NCBI GenBank assembly: GCA_963663805.2
Contig: CAXXMR010000010.1
Coordinates: 1 to 64,000, forward strand
Source: Sedimentisphaerales bacterium
Lineage (GTDB): Bacteria; Planctomycetota; Phycisphaerae; Sedimentisphaerales; SM23-30
Reading direction: 5' to 3'
Length of the DNA: 64,000 nucleotides
Part shown: positions 1 through 10,628 of the stretch, one piece after another
Numbering within the stretch: the stretch's first letter is position 1
Layout of the letters: each line of letters opens with the position of its first letter
Program-made: the position numbers and the translations under genes
Notes under the pieces: generated by a model
Database searches by the model: none
Seen by the model: only the letters and a program-made list of their open reading frames with translations
Told to the model about the DNA's origin: nothing

Positions 1-1528
1 TTTGAATCTGGTGGCGTGGGTGCGGAAGACAGGGCTTAGGATGCCCCACTGAATCCAGCGGGTGTAGAGTTCTGGGTCGCAGTCAACTCCCAGGCCGTAA
101 CGATTGTAGTGGCCCCCGATGTCGTGGCTCCAGAATCCGAAGCCGACGTTGGCGGCGTTGGTGGTGAAATAGGGCTGATAGGCGAGCGATTTCCAGGAGA
201 TGACTGTGTCGCCGGAGAAACCGATTTGGTATCTGTGGTTGCCGAGTCCGCCCCAGCGGTGGAAGATTAAGGGCCGCTTGCCCCGGCGTTCCATGCTGCT
301 GTGATGGACGTAGTTGAGGTAGAAGACGGGGTTTACTCCTTTGATAGTGGTGGTGCTCCATTGCTGCCAGTCGAGCCACCAGAAGTCGATGCCGTGGTCT
401 TCCATGGGTTTGAGGAGGATGTCCATATAGGCGGTGGCGAATTCTTTATTAACAATGTCGAAGGGTACGAATTTTTTGGTAGCGGGGGTCTATGCCCAGG
501 GCTTGGGCGAATTGGTTGTATTGGCTTTCGTGGGGCTGGATGCCGCTGGCGGGGTGGAGGTTTAGGCAGGTTTGGAGTGAGTTTTCGTTCGTCCACTGGA
601 GGAATTTTTGGGGGTCGGGGAAGTAGTTTTTGTTCCAGGTGAACCCGGTCCATCCAGCCCGCTGGTCGGCAGGGTCTTTGATCTTTTTGCCTTTGCTGTC
701 ATACCATTTGGGGTCTGAGGTTATGTGCCAGTCCATGTCGATGACCATTACGTCGAGGCCGAGGTCGTAGCGGTCGAACTGCCGGGCAAGGTCTCTGAGT
801 TGGTCGTCGTCGTAGGTCCAGTATTTTGACCACCAGGCCCCGAATACAAATTTTGGGGGCAGGGCGATTTTGCCGGCGACAGTAGTGAAGTCTTTGAGGG
901 CGGTTTGGTAATCATGGCCGTAGGCGAAGAAGTAGGTGTCCTGCATCTGTGTTTCGGGGCGGGCGATTACCCAAGGCCAATCGGAATTATCGAATAAGGG
1001 TTTTTCGCTGTCGTCAATGGCGCACCAGCCGCTGGGTGAAATTATGCCCTGGCAGAGTTCGATTTCTTTTTTGTCGTGAGCCTGCCATGAGCCGTTGCAT
1101 TTGTCGAGGGTTTTGGTGGTGCCGAGGAGGTTTTGAGGGTCTTTGTCGCCGAAGTGCCAGGTGGTTTGGATTTTATCGGTGTGGATGTCTATCCATAAAT
1201 TTTCTTTAGTGAACTGTCCGCTGTTTTTTTTGTAGTGGAGGGTAAGTTTTTTTGTTTGGATTTCGAGGAGACCATCTTTTTCGGTGGTGGTGTATTGCGG
1301 GGTATCGGTACGGCGGTTGATAAAGGTTAAAGATGCGTGGTCTTCGAATTGGGCGTTTTGGGACCATTCCAGACGCACGAGGCCGGGGGTTAATACGGTG
1401 AATCGGGCGTTGTTGCTGACAACGACGGCCTGGGGTTTGGCGAGCGGATTATTTGGTGAGGCCGACAATGCCGCGCCGAAAAGATTTGCCATTATCGTAA
1501 TAAGGATGATTGTGGTTAATTTTTTCAT
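1..1528 (-). CDS. Glycoside hydrolase family 31 (alpha-glucosidase/xylosidase-like), secreted; +1 frameshift at G5 run 484-488; runs off window start
   Basis: Signal peptide; IDMDWH and WTGFTWN motifs in ORF 449-1528; removing one base at 484-488 continues into GIDFWWLDWQQ...RWGGLGNHRYQIGFSGD...WSHDIGG, the GH31 catalytic region. Confidence 0.85.
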
Positions 1529-1555
1529 TTTATTTTGCTTCCTGGATATTATTTT

Positions 1556-3530
1556 TTACTTGCTTGCGGGCATGGATGTTTCCAGCCATTTGAGGTTGAA
1601 GGCGTAATGTTGTTTGCTGCTGATGAGCTGGATTATACCGTCGGGGGTTTGGGTTCCAGCCATATAGCCTTTGGGTTCGGCGGTGTTAGGGCCGAGAGTG
1701 AAGATTTTGGTGTGGGCACCGCCGTCGATTTGACGAGGCGGTTTGTCGTCGGTGATTAGGCGTTTGGTGGGCCAGGTTTTTCCTTCGTCGTAACTGAGGG
1801 CAGCGTAGAGGCCGGACACTTTACGCAGGTTGCCGGCAGCGTCGGTTAAGGTTAATTCGTCGGCGAAAGAGGCCAGGAATAATGGTCCTTCATTTAGACG
1901 CATTAGTACGAGTCTTTGTCCGCCGGCAATGGGAATTATGCCGCTGGGTGAATATGTCCAGTTTTGGCCCATGTCGGAGGAAGTGCTTTTGGGCATCTGG
2001 TCTTCGATATTATCTTTTCGTCCTAGTGCCATAAGGTCGCCGTTTTTGAGTTGGGTTACGCCGGCGTGTATTCCGGCGATCCAGGCCCCAGTGTTGCCGT
2101 TTTCGAAGGTTGGCTGTTCTCTGTCCTGTCCGGGATCTACCCAGGTTTTACCCTTATCCTTGGAGATGTGCAGGGCTGTGCCGCCTTTACCGCCGGTTAC
2201 GGCGTCGCATTTAAGTACAAGGTATCCTTCCTGGGTGCGGAACATGCCGGCGATGGGTTGATGATGCAGGGCGTGTTCGGGGTTGATGATTTGGGGGCTG
2301 GACCAGGTTAGGCCGTTGTCGGTGCTTTGACGCATGAGCAGGGCCATTTTGCCCCAGGTGCCGTCGGTGCTGAAACCGTTGAAATGGTAGATGGTTTTGT
2401 CGCCGTCGAACCAGATGTCCGAACCGTGGTCGTTGCGGTCGGCGAGGTTCCAGAATATGCAGGCGGGGTCCCACTGGTCGGAATCGTGGGGCAGGCGGCT
2501 GGCAACGACGGTAAGTTCCCGTCCGGTTTCTTTGCGGGTGCAGTACCATATCGCCAGCAGGTCGCCGTTGGCACAGAAGGTGATGGCGGGTTGGTGATTA
2601 TGCTGGGAATACAGCGGGCCGTCAGAGTTGTCGGGGATTTTAACGTATTGACGAGGGCCGTGGAAATATGGTTTTTCTGGTGATGGGCCATTGGGCCAGT
2701 TGTATTTTGTCTGGGAGATTTGGGATTTCCAGGCGGTGCGGTCGGGAATTTGCATTTGAGGTTTGAGCTGATGCGGGGCCTGGGACTACGCGGAAACCGA
2801 TGAGGTGGTTGCGGTCCTGAATGACCATTGAGGCACGGTTGGCAGAACGGAGGTAGAAAACTTCGGTGGAGTGACTGCCGCCGCGACAGATTTTGCTGGT
2901 GCCGCTGACGGGGCCGGCGGGGTTGTTTTGCGACTGGTCGGTATAAGGGCCGAACCAGTCATCACACCATTCCTCGACATTGCCGTGCATGTCGTAGATG
3001 CCCCATTTGTTGGGGGAGGCGGCTTTGACGGTTAAATCTACGGTGACGTAGCCCCATTCGGTTTTCTGGTTTTTGTGATATTTTTCGGGCAGGTCGGCTC
3101 CGGTGTAATATTCGGTGGTGGTGCCGGCCCGGCAGGCGTATTCCCATTCGGCTTCGGTGGGGAGGCGGTAGGGTTTGGCTTCTTTTTGGGAGAGCCAGAG
3201 GCAGAATTTTGCGGCATCTTCGTAACTGACGAATATTACGGCTTCGTCATCTTTGGTGGAATAGCCGTGTTTGCCACGGAGTTTATTGTGTTCGGGGTCG
3301 AACTGCTCGTACTGCTGGTTGGTGACTTCGGTTTCAGAGATGTAAAAGGGGGTGGTGATTTTGACTTTATGTACCGGTTTTTCGTCCCAGTCGCCGTTTT
3401 CTGAACCCATCATAAATTCGCCAGCGGGAATTTGTATCATTTTCATGCCGGTACAGTTTTGATAATCCGCCCCTATCGTAAAAGGTGCCATCAACAAAAC
3501 CAGCATTATCAACTGTCGCAACTTAATCAT
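1556..3530 (-). CDS. Formylglycine-generating-enzyme (SUMF1)-like domain fused to BNR/sialidase-like beta-propeller; +1 frameshift near 2755-2775
   Basis: RLPTEAEWEYACRAG, NKWGIYDMHGNVEEW, RGGS, IGFRVV in ORF 2640-3530; Asp boxes (STDNGLTWS, SKDKGKTW, SYDEGKTW) in ORF 1556-2755; ORFs overlap and differ by +1. Confidence 0.8.
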
Positions 3531-3541
3531 AATATTTACCC

Positions 3542-4456
3542 TTAATACAATTTTAGTTCTTCCAAAGTGTTTTTTATGGCTTGTTTTTCCATGTCATCAA
3601 ATTTTAGAAAAGGTTCAGAAACGAAATCATCACAAATACCCATCAGACTGAGAGCACATTTGATTCCGTTTATAGTGCTGGAGGGATATTTACCCGCGGT
3701 ATAAATCTTTGAAGTCATTTGGATAACTTTGCTATGCAGCTTGAGGACTGTATCCATATCCCGTTTGACCGCGGCATTGTACAAGTTAACATAAAGCGAA
3801 GGGAACATATTGGCTCCGCCATTTACTCCGCCGCTGGCACCCAGAAGCACTGATTCGGCCAGCAATTCACCCGGTCCCAGAAATATGGGAAAATCCGTCC
3901 GGTCTTTAAGCAGCAGGCGTACCCGGTGAAACAGAACCAAGTCAAATGAGCTGTCTTTATAGCCTATGACTTGGGGGTTTTCCGCGGCTTTTACCACTGT
4001 CTGAGCATCCAGACTTAGTTTTGTACAACCCGGCATATTATACAGATAGACAGGCAGAGGAATCTCGGCGGTAACACGGTCAAGGAATTTCAGTAGTTCA
4101 GGCTGAGACGATTTGAAATAATACGGTGGAGCAATAACGCCGGCATGGGCACCCTGTTCACCGGCATACTGACCTATTTTTGTCAGTTCCGCAAATGCTG
4201 TATCTGTGAGGCCTACAAGCACAGGAACCCGTCCGTTAACCTGTTGGCAAGTTTGTTTAATCAATTCACGCCGAAGGTCATAACTCAGGCTGGGGCCTTC
4301 GCCGGTGGTTCCCATTATAAAAAGACCGTGTACGCCGCCTGCAAGTATATGTTCAATTAGTCGTTCCAGACCTTCTCGGTCGAGGGTGTCGGCATCTTTC
4401 AAAGGTGTTACCATCGGAGGCACAATACCTCTTAGGGGTAGCAGTAATTTATTCAT
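3542..4456 (-). CDS. DapA/NanA-family class I aldolase (dihydrodipicolinate synthase family)
   Basis: GIVPPMVTP, GTTGE, LYNMP and Schiff-base GYKDSS motifs. Confidence 0.9.
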   Translation of the reverse strand: MNKLLLPLRGIVPPMVTPLKDADTLDREGLERLIEHILAGGVHGLFIMGTTGEGPSLSYDLRRELIKQTCQQVNGRVPVLVGLTDTAFAELTKIGQYAGEQGAHAGVIAPPYYFKSSQPELLKFLDRVTAEIPLPVYLYNMPGCTKLSLDAQTVVKAAENPQVIGYKDSSFDLVLFHRVRLLLKDRTDFPIFLGPGELLAESVLLGASGGVNGGANMFPSLYVNLYNAAVKRDMDTVLKLHSKVIQMTSKIYTAGKYPSSTINGIKCALSLMGICDDFVSEPFLKFDDMEKQAIKNTLEELKLY

Positions 4457-4519
4457 ATATACTTCATTTTTCATAACTATATTCAAAGACAGTTTGTTAA
4501 ACGCGACTGCTCGTGGTTC

Positions 4520-5812
4520 CTATTTGAAAAAGCTGGAAAGTGCTAAAATTCCGGTGTAAGAGACAACAACAGAAAATACGAAGGCCAACACTAACGAAAT
4601 GTTCAGCACGATCCCCGCCTTGTGCCTGCCCATTTGTTTTTTGTCATTAACCAGGAAAAATATACCCAATACAACTAAAGGCAAAACAAAAACTAGAGAT
4701 ACTTGGGTGGCGATTTGGCCCACAATGGGATTGCTGCCTAATACCGGCACAATCAAGCCCATCAGACAGGCCAGGGCCGCCAATCCCTTAAACGACTTCG
4801 ATTTGGCATTAAGTTCACCCTTTTGGTAATCCGAGAGCAGAAGAGGGGCGACCATAAGGATAGGCAAAATCGAAGAAACACCCGCACTGACGGTTCCTGC
4901 CAGGAATAATATGACAGCATATTTGCCGGCGGCAGGTTCAATCGCGTGAACCATGTCCATTACATTCTGAATGACAAGCCCGTTCTTAAACATTGCTCCG
5001 GTGGCACAGACCATAATCGAACCGCTAATGACAAAAACTAAAATACCGTAGGAAAAAGAATCCCGGCTTTGCTTTTTCAAGTCACTAATAGTCCACCCTT
5101 TACTTTTAAGTAAAAGAGGTCTGACAATAAAAGTTGGTCCCGCCATGGTTGTTCCGACAAATGCCGCCACCATCAATTTGGCACCGGAAATATCCGGTAT
5201 CCGGGGCAGGAAACCGGCGACGATTTCCCGGCCCGTAGGCAATACCAAAAACATGGAAACGATAAAAGTAATGCCTAAAACAGAGACGAAAAGCAAAAGG
5301 ATTTTTTCGAAAAATGAATATCTGCCTACCATAAGCAACATATACATCACAATAAGTATTACAACCGATATAGCCAGCACCGGCCAATATTTATCGGCAC
5401 TCAGCGAAGGTGCCAGCATACGCAAGGATTCATAGAGGGCATTGGAAGTTAGCCCTACGAGCCCGGAAAGGCAGCACCATTGTCCGACGACAATTCCTGT
5501 CGCAACCAGAATAGCCAGGGGTTTTCCACATTTCAACTTAGTCTTAAAGGCGTGAATGGCAGTCTGGCCGGTCACCAGGGCATATCTGCCATAGGCTTCC
5601 ATCAGGGCCCAGGAGAAAAAACAGCTTAAGGCCAAGACCCATAACAGCATAGTGCCAAACTGTGAACCGGCTTTGCACATGGCAGTTACACTGCCGGTGC
5701 CAATGGTATAGCCTATGCCAAAAAAAGCCGGGCCCAGGGTTAAAAGCAAAAGCCAGATTTTCTTTAGAGGGTTTGACCGCCCGGTGGGACTTTGTGATTT
5801 TGAGGTACTCAT
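4520..5812 (-). CDS. Nramp-family (YcsG-like) membrane transporter
   Basis: LGPAFF...IGTGS, ~11 hydrophobic helices, VGTT motif. Confidence 0.7.
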   Translation of the reverse strand: MSTSKSQSPTGRSNPLKKIWLLLLTLGPAFFGIGYTIGTGSVTAMCKAGSQFGTMLLWVLALSCFFSWALMEAYGRYALVTGQTAIHAFKTKLKCGKPLAILVATGIVVGQWCCLSGLVGLTSNALYESLRMLAPSLSADKYWPVLAISVVILIVMYMLLMVGRYSFFEKILLLFVSVLGITFIVSMFLVLPTGREIVAGFLPRIPDISGAKLMVAAFVGTTMAGPTFIVRPLLLKSKGWTISDLKKQSRDSFSYGILVFVISGSIMVCATGAMFKNGLVIQNVMDMVHAIEPAAGKYAVILFLAGTVSAGVSSILPILMVAPLLLSDYQKGELNAKSKSFKGLAALACLMGLIVPVLGSNPIVGQIATQVSLVFVLPLVVLGIFFLVNDKKQMGRHKAGIVLNISLVLAFVFSVVVSYTGILALSSFFK

Positions 5813-5845
5813 TATATGTGTTTCCTAAAAAAGGAGGCGTCAACC

Positions 5846-6784
5846 CTATTTGGTCATTGATAGTATACTTTGGGCGGTTTCACAAATTCGCTTAGCGGTT
5901 AAATTAAATCTTTCTTTGAGATATTCAAACTCGCCGACCTCTCCAAACTCATCATTAACACCGACCCTTTTAACAAAAACAGGATTATTTTCCGACAGCA
6001 GTTCAGCCACGGCCGATCCTAATCCATTTATGATTTGATGGTTTTCGCAAGTAACAATTCCCCTGGTCTTTTTTGCGTATTCCAGGACAATTTCTTCATC
6101 CAAAGGTTTGATAGTATGCATGTCAATTACCGCAGCGGAAATTCCCTCCTTCTCCAGATTGCGTGAAGCTTGCAAAGCTTCATTTACCATAACAACGCCA
6201 CTGGCAATCAAGGTGATATCATTGCCGTCTCGCAAAACATTAGCCTTGCCCAGCTTGAAACTGTTATTTTCATTATAAATCGCAGGGGCATTTCCGCGAT
6301 GCATTCTTAAATACACATTTCCCTGATGATAGGCACTTTCGGTTAACAGCTTTTCAAATGAGATTTCATCGGCGGGTTCGTAAACCACTAATCCAGGAAT
6401 ATTTCTCATTATCCCGACATCTTCAAACGGCATATGTGTCCCCCCGTTATAGGCCGCGGTCACTCCCGGATCCGAACCCATAAGCTTAACGTTGAGCCGG
6501 GCATAATTTGCCGAGACGAAAAACTGGTCATAAGCTCTCCGGGTCGCAAAAGGAGCAAAGGTTGCCGCAAAAGGTATCTTGCCGCGAGCAGACAAGCCCG
6601 CTGCCACTCCAACCATGTTGGCTTCGGCTACTCCTACGTTAAATGTTCGCTCGGGGAATTTTTCATTAAAAAGCTGAGTTGCATGAGCTGCCATAAGGTC
6701 AGCTTCCAGTATAACAATGTTCTCGTCTTTTTCTGCTAATTTTATTAGAGTTTCTGCATAAACTTCGCACATTTGTCTGGTCAT
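5846..6784 (-). CDS. Transketolase C-terminal (pyrimidine-binding) subunit
   Basis: NVGVAEANMVG, RRAYDQ, GGTHM, TIKPLD, ENHQIINGLGS. Confidence 0.92.
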   Translation of the reverse strand: MTRQMCEVYAETLIKLAEKDENIVILEADLMAAHATQLFNEKFPERTFNVGVAEANMVGVAAGLSARGKIPFAATFAPFATRRAYDQFFVSANYARLNVKLMGSDPGVTAAYNGGTHMPFEDVGIMRNIPGLVVYEPADEISFEKLLTESAYHQGNVYLRMHRGNAPAIYNENNSFKLGKANVLRDGNDITLIASGVVMVNEALQASRNLEKEGISAAVIDMHTIKPLDEEIVLEYAKKTRGIVTCENHQIINGLGSAVAELLSENNPVFVKRVGVNDEFGEVGEFEYLKERFNLTAKRICETAQSILSMTK

Positions 6785-6845
6785 ATCGCACCTTTTTATA
6801 ATTGTATTCAAGTGATTTCAGAAAACAACTTGCCCATAGGCCGTA

Positions 6846-7667
6846 TTACAGGGCTGCTATTGCCTGGTCTGCGGCTTCGCGGTCAAATGCCATGTGATGG
6901 TTTGATGCTTTGTTTTCTATGGTATCAACTCCTTTGCCCTTAACAGTATTAAGGATAATCATGGCCGGCTTTTGTTTTTCATTTTTCGCAATCTTGACAG
7001 CTTCGTCAATCGCTTCCAAATCATGGCCATCAATATTTTGGGTAAACCATCCAAAAGATTTCCATTTGGCTTCAAGGTCACCTAAATCCATTATCTGGGA
7101 GGTTGTCCCATCAATCTGAAGTTTATTTTTATCTGTAAACGCGATCAAATTATTCAACCTGAAATGCGCGGCAGACATGGCTGCTTCCCAAACTTGCCCT
7201 TCATCTGATTCCCCATCGCCAATAATCGTGTAAATCAGTCCCGGGTTTTTATCCAGCCGATTGGCTAGTGCCATTCCTACCGCTGCTGAAAGTCCCTGCC
7301 CTAAAGATCCCGCTGTCATATCAATTCCCGGAGTTCTGTTCATGTCAGCATGACTGGGCAGAGAGGTTCCCCCGACATTCAATGTGTACAGCCATTCTTT
7401 CGGGAAATATCCCTTATCTGCTAATACGCTGTATAGAGTTGGTCCACCATGGCCTTTTGACAAAATCAACATATCTCGATCTGTCATTTTGGGGTCGGCA
7501 GGGTCAATCCTCATATGCTTATAGTAGAGCATTGTCAATACTTCCACAATCGACATGGCCCCACCTACATGGCCAAACCCTAAATTGCCAAAAGCATCCA
7601 GCGTTAACCTGCGAATTTCCTTCGCTTGGGCCTGCAAACCCACTAATTCTTTTTCGTCCATTGTCAT
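6846..7667 (-). CDS. Transketolase N-terminal (TPP-binding) subunit
   Basis: GHVGG, LSKGH, GSLGQG, GDGE...N TPP motif. Confidence 0.93.
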   Translation of the reverse strand: MTMDEKELVGLQAQAKEIRRLTLDAFGNLGFGHVGGAMSIVEVLTMLYYKHMRIDPADPKMTDRDMLILSKGHGGPTLYSVLADKGYFPKEWLYTLNVGGTSLPSHADMNRTPGIDMTAGSLGQGLSAAVGMALANRLDKNPGLIYTIIGDGESDEGQVWEAAMSAAHFRLNNLIAFTDKNKLQIDGTTSQIMDLGDLEAKWKSFGWFTQNIDGHDLEAIDEAVKIAKNEKQKPAMIILNTVKGKGVDTIENKASNHHMAFDREAADQAIAAL

Positions 7668-7727
7668 ACTCCTACATATGAAAAATAACTGCTAATTAAA
7701 GACCAGCTTTGAGCTGACGTAGAAAAT

Positions 7728-8894
7728 CTATTCCGCTTTGTTAACAAGAATCTTTGTTCTGAATTTCCCAGAAACATCCTTTTGGGCCAAGACATCTTCT
7801 TCAGTAAACACTGCCATTAGAATCTCTTTCGCTTCATAGCGGCTATAATCGTAAATCACATATATAGACCCGTCGTCGCCCTCAACTGCATCCGGATATG
7901 AAACTGACAAACGCTTATCGAGCATCAGGCCGCCCTGCCAGGTTTGGCCGTCATTTTTAGAGATAAAAGCGGTAAGATCAACCCGCTTGGTTCGTTTGTC
8001 AATTGCACTGTGCTTGACCAGTAACAGATTACCGGACGACAATTTTCCGATGAAAAATCTGGCGGTTGCGTGGGCGATGTTTGAGGGATTGCCCTCGGTC
8101 CAGGTTTTGCCTTGGTCGGATGAATAGCTTTGGCCTATGCCGTATTTGGTGCGGACGAGCATCCATAATCTGCCGTCGTTTAATTCGAGAACCATGTGTT
8201 CATCGTAGTGCCGATCGGGTACGTCTGCTGAGCCGAGCAGACTGAAAGTTTGGCCATTGTCATTGCTGACGATGACATTGGAGAATTTTTCGTGATTTAG
8301 TTCGGTGAATTTATCTTTTTGTTTGAAATCCCATATTGCACAGGGCAGCAGCCATGAGCCAGCCTTGGTGACAATTGGTTTGTTCATCATAACGCCGTTG
8401 GCGATGCGGCGGGGCGGGGACCAGATGGGGTTTTCGTCGGTGCTGTTTTGGGTTGTCATGGCCCAGACACCGGCTCGTCCGTCGAAGTTTTTTTCGCCGT
8501 GGCTTTGGGCCCAGAATATCCAGAGTTTTCCCTGAGGGTCGTGCCAAAGGCAGGGGTCGAAGGCGCGGGTGAGTCCTGCTCCGTCGGGGTCGATTATTAT
8601 TTTCAAGTCGGACCAGGTTTTACCGTCGTCGTCGGATGTTACCAGCATAAGGTAATTAAACTGGTCCTCGGTTTTGCCTCCGCCATACCATATTGCCCAT
8701 AAACGGCCGTTGGCGGCTCGCTCTATGCCGGGGATGCCCTGGAAGGTTCGATGTTGGTAGTATTCGCCAATTTTATCGGGTGTGTCGGCACGAATGATTG
8801 TTTGAGGGGCAACTAGTGCGAGGTCGGTGTCGCTTAAACACTGACAGCAGAGAAGCAGTACTACTACATTGCAAACGATTGCTGGTCGATACAT
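7728..8894 (-). CDS. Secreted sialidase-like BNR beta-propeller protein
   Basis: Signal peptide; QGIP motif; Asp boxes SDDDGKTW, SNDNGQTF, SSDQGKTW, SKNDGQTW; SYP near C-terminus. Confidence 0.8.
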   Translation of the reverse strand: MYRPAIVCNVVVLLLCCQCLSDTDLALVAPQTIIRADTPDKIGEYYQHRTFQGIPGIERAANGRLWAIWYGGGKTEDQFNYLMLVTSDDDGKTWSDLKIIIDPDGAGLTRAFDPCLWHDPQGKLWIFWAQSHGEKNFDGRAGVWAMTTQNSTDENPIWSPPRRIANGVMMNKPIVTKAGSWLLPCAIWDFKQKDKFTELNHEKFSNVIVSNDNGQTFSLLGSADVPDRHYDEHMVLELNDGRLWMLVRTKYGIGQSYSSDQGKTWTEGNPSNIAHATARFFIGKLSSGNLLLVKHSAIDKRTKRVDLTAFISKNDGQTWQGGLMLDKRLSVSYPDAVEGDDGSIYVIYDYSRYEAKEILMAVFTEEDVLAQKDVSGKFRTKILVNKAE

Positions 8895-8924
8895 GTAAAT
8901 TTTCTTTCCGTTTCTTGCTTGGGG

Positions 8925-10601
8925 TTAATTACAGGCTTTAGTGCCTACGGTATCTATTAAGCCGGTAAAACCGGGACCGCCGGCGGCGACATAGCCGTGG
9001 CTGGCTCCGTTTTTGTCCGGGCTTATCCAGAAAGCATAGAGTTTAGCTTTTTTGAGGGTAAAGCGAATCTTTAGGGTTTTTCCGGCAAGTTTTTCTAAAC
9101 TTTTGTTGTTCTGCCACTGTATCCGATGGATGGTGCTGTCGGTCTGGGTGGGTAAACAATCGCTTAGAGTAAAGCCGGGCAGGGGGGTGTTTTCCTGATT
9201 AAGTATTTCGGCTTGAAGTGTGCCCTGGGGGGCGTCCACGTTGACAAACAGGTGTTTTCCGTTGAAGTTTAATTTGCGGGTAGTTAGGGTTCCGGTGGTT
9301 TGGTCGGCATTCATCGAGGCGAATCCGTCGCGGCGGAGGAATGCCAGGCCGGTACTGCCGCGGTCGTACATGCCGTTTTTCTTCCACTGTTTGTCGAGTT
9401 TGGCGGGGTTGCCTTGAAATCCGATATAGTAGAACCAGAGTTTATCGCCTTTAATCAGGCAGATGCCGCCGACGGACTGGACATAGCCGTGGTCCCAGGT
9501 GTCTTGGCGTGATGATTTGATGAAGGCGTTGCGGTCGGGGCGATGCCAGTGGAAACCATCGCGGCTGTAGGCTAGGTTGAGGTCGGTGATTTTCGGCAGG
9601 CCTACTTTCATACATTCATCGTTGGGTGGTCCCAGGTGTATCTGATAGAAGGCCAGCATGATGCTTTCGTAGGCGACGGCGTCGAGATTATAAAGCTGGG
9701 CTCTTTCTTCTATTTGGGGGTCGGGCAGGTCGAGTTTGTCGGCACCGGTCCAGAAAATGGGAGTTTGGGGGCCGGGGCTTTTGAAATTATCCCATTGGCA
9801 GCCGGTCAGGAAATCGTCGGCTTCCCAGTAATGTCTGCTTCGGCCTCGGTTGCCAGAACGTAAACTGAAAACCCATTTCTTTCGGAAAGGATTGTAGAAA
9901 ACGGTGCTGCGGTCACCGCAAGGGCCGGTTTCAACGGGTTCGCTCCAGTGAATCCCGTCAGCTGAGACCATGCAATGGCCTCCCTGAGAGGTTGAACCGC
10001 CGGGGCCGCGGAGAAAGAACTTCCACTTCTGCTGAGGGTCTTTGCCTTCGTAATCAGGGACGACCGACCAGGAATCGGGGGTGATGTCGGGATTGAGAAT
10101 GCGATTGGTGGGGGGGGCGAAGTCGAGTTGGGGTCGCTGCCAGTTGAGGCCGTCAGTGCTTTGGGCGTAACAAACAGTTCCTATCCAACCGGCTTCGTAC
10201 CACATGCGGAAGATTTTTAGTTGGGGGTCCCACCATACTCCGCCACTTTTGGGGCAGGCGGCGGAATTACCATAAGCGAATTTGCCGGACTCTAGTTCCG
10301 TTTCGGGTTTGAGGATGGGATTGTTTTCGTATTTTTGAGGGTAATGGAATTGACGTTTAAGATCGGTTTTCTCGATGAGGTAATCGTCGATAAACAATTG
10401 TCTGCCGATATTGATTGGAATTACATCCGGCGGCGATTCCAGATAAGGGACCGGCATTGGTTCGTAACTTTTCGGTTCAATATTATTTGGCGGCCACTCG
10501 CTGGGCAGCTCAATGCCGTTGTAGAGAGTTTCACCGTAAGAGTGCGACGAAATAGCGGCGACCAAAGCTATGATGGTTGTGCAAAATGTTTTTCGAATCA
10601 T
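8925..10601 (-). CDS. Secreted beta-propeller glycoside hydrolase (GH32/GH43-clan-like)
   Basis: Signal peptide; RQLFIDDYLI, STDGLNW, SADGIHW, SRDGFHW, LRRDGFASM motifs. Confidence 0.7.
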   Translation of the reverse strand: MIRKTFCTTIIALVAAISSHSYGETLYNGIELPSEWPPNNIEPKSYEPMPVPYLESPPDVIPINIGRQLFIDDYLIEKTDLKRQFHYPQKYENNPILKPETELESGKFAYGNSAACPKSGGVWWDPQLKIFRMWYEAGWIGTVCYAQSTDGLNWQRPQLDFAPPTNRILNPDITPDSWSVVPDYEGKDPQQKWKFFLRGPGGSTSQGGHCMVSADGIHWSEPVETGPCGDRSTVFYNPFRKKWVFSLRSGNRGRSRHYWEADDFLTGCQWDNFKSPGPQTPIFWTGADKLDLPDPQIEERAQLYNLDAVAYESIMLAFYQIHLGPPNDECMKVGLPKITDLNLAYSRDGFHWHRPDRNAFIKSSRQDTWDHGYVQSVGGICLIKGDKLWFYYIGFQGNPAKLDKQWKKNGMYDRGSTGLAFLRRDGFASMNADQTTGTLTTRKLNFNGKHLFVNVDAPQGTLQAEILNQENTPLPGFTLSDCLPTQTDSTIHRIQWQNNKSLEKLAGKTLKIRFTLKKAKLYAFWISPDKNGASHGYVAAGGPGFTGLIDTVGTKACN

Positions 10602-10628
10602 CTTTTCTCCTAAGGATGGATTAGATGT

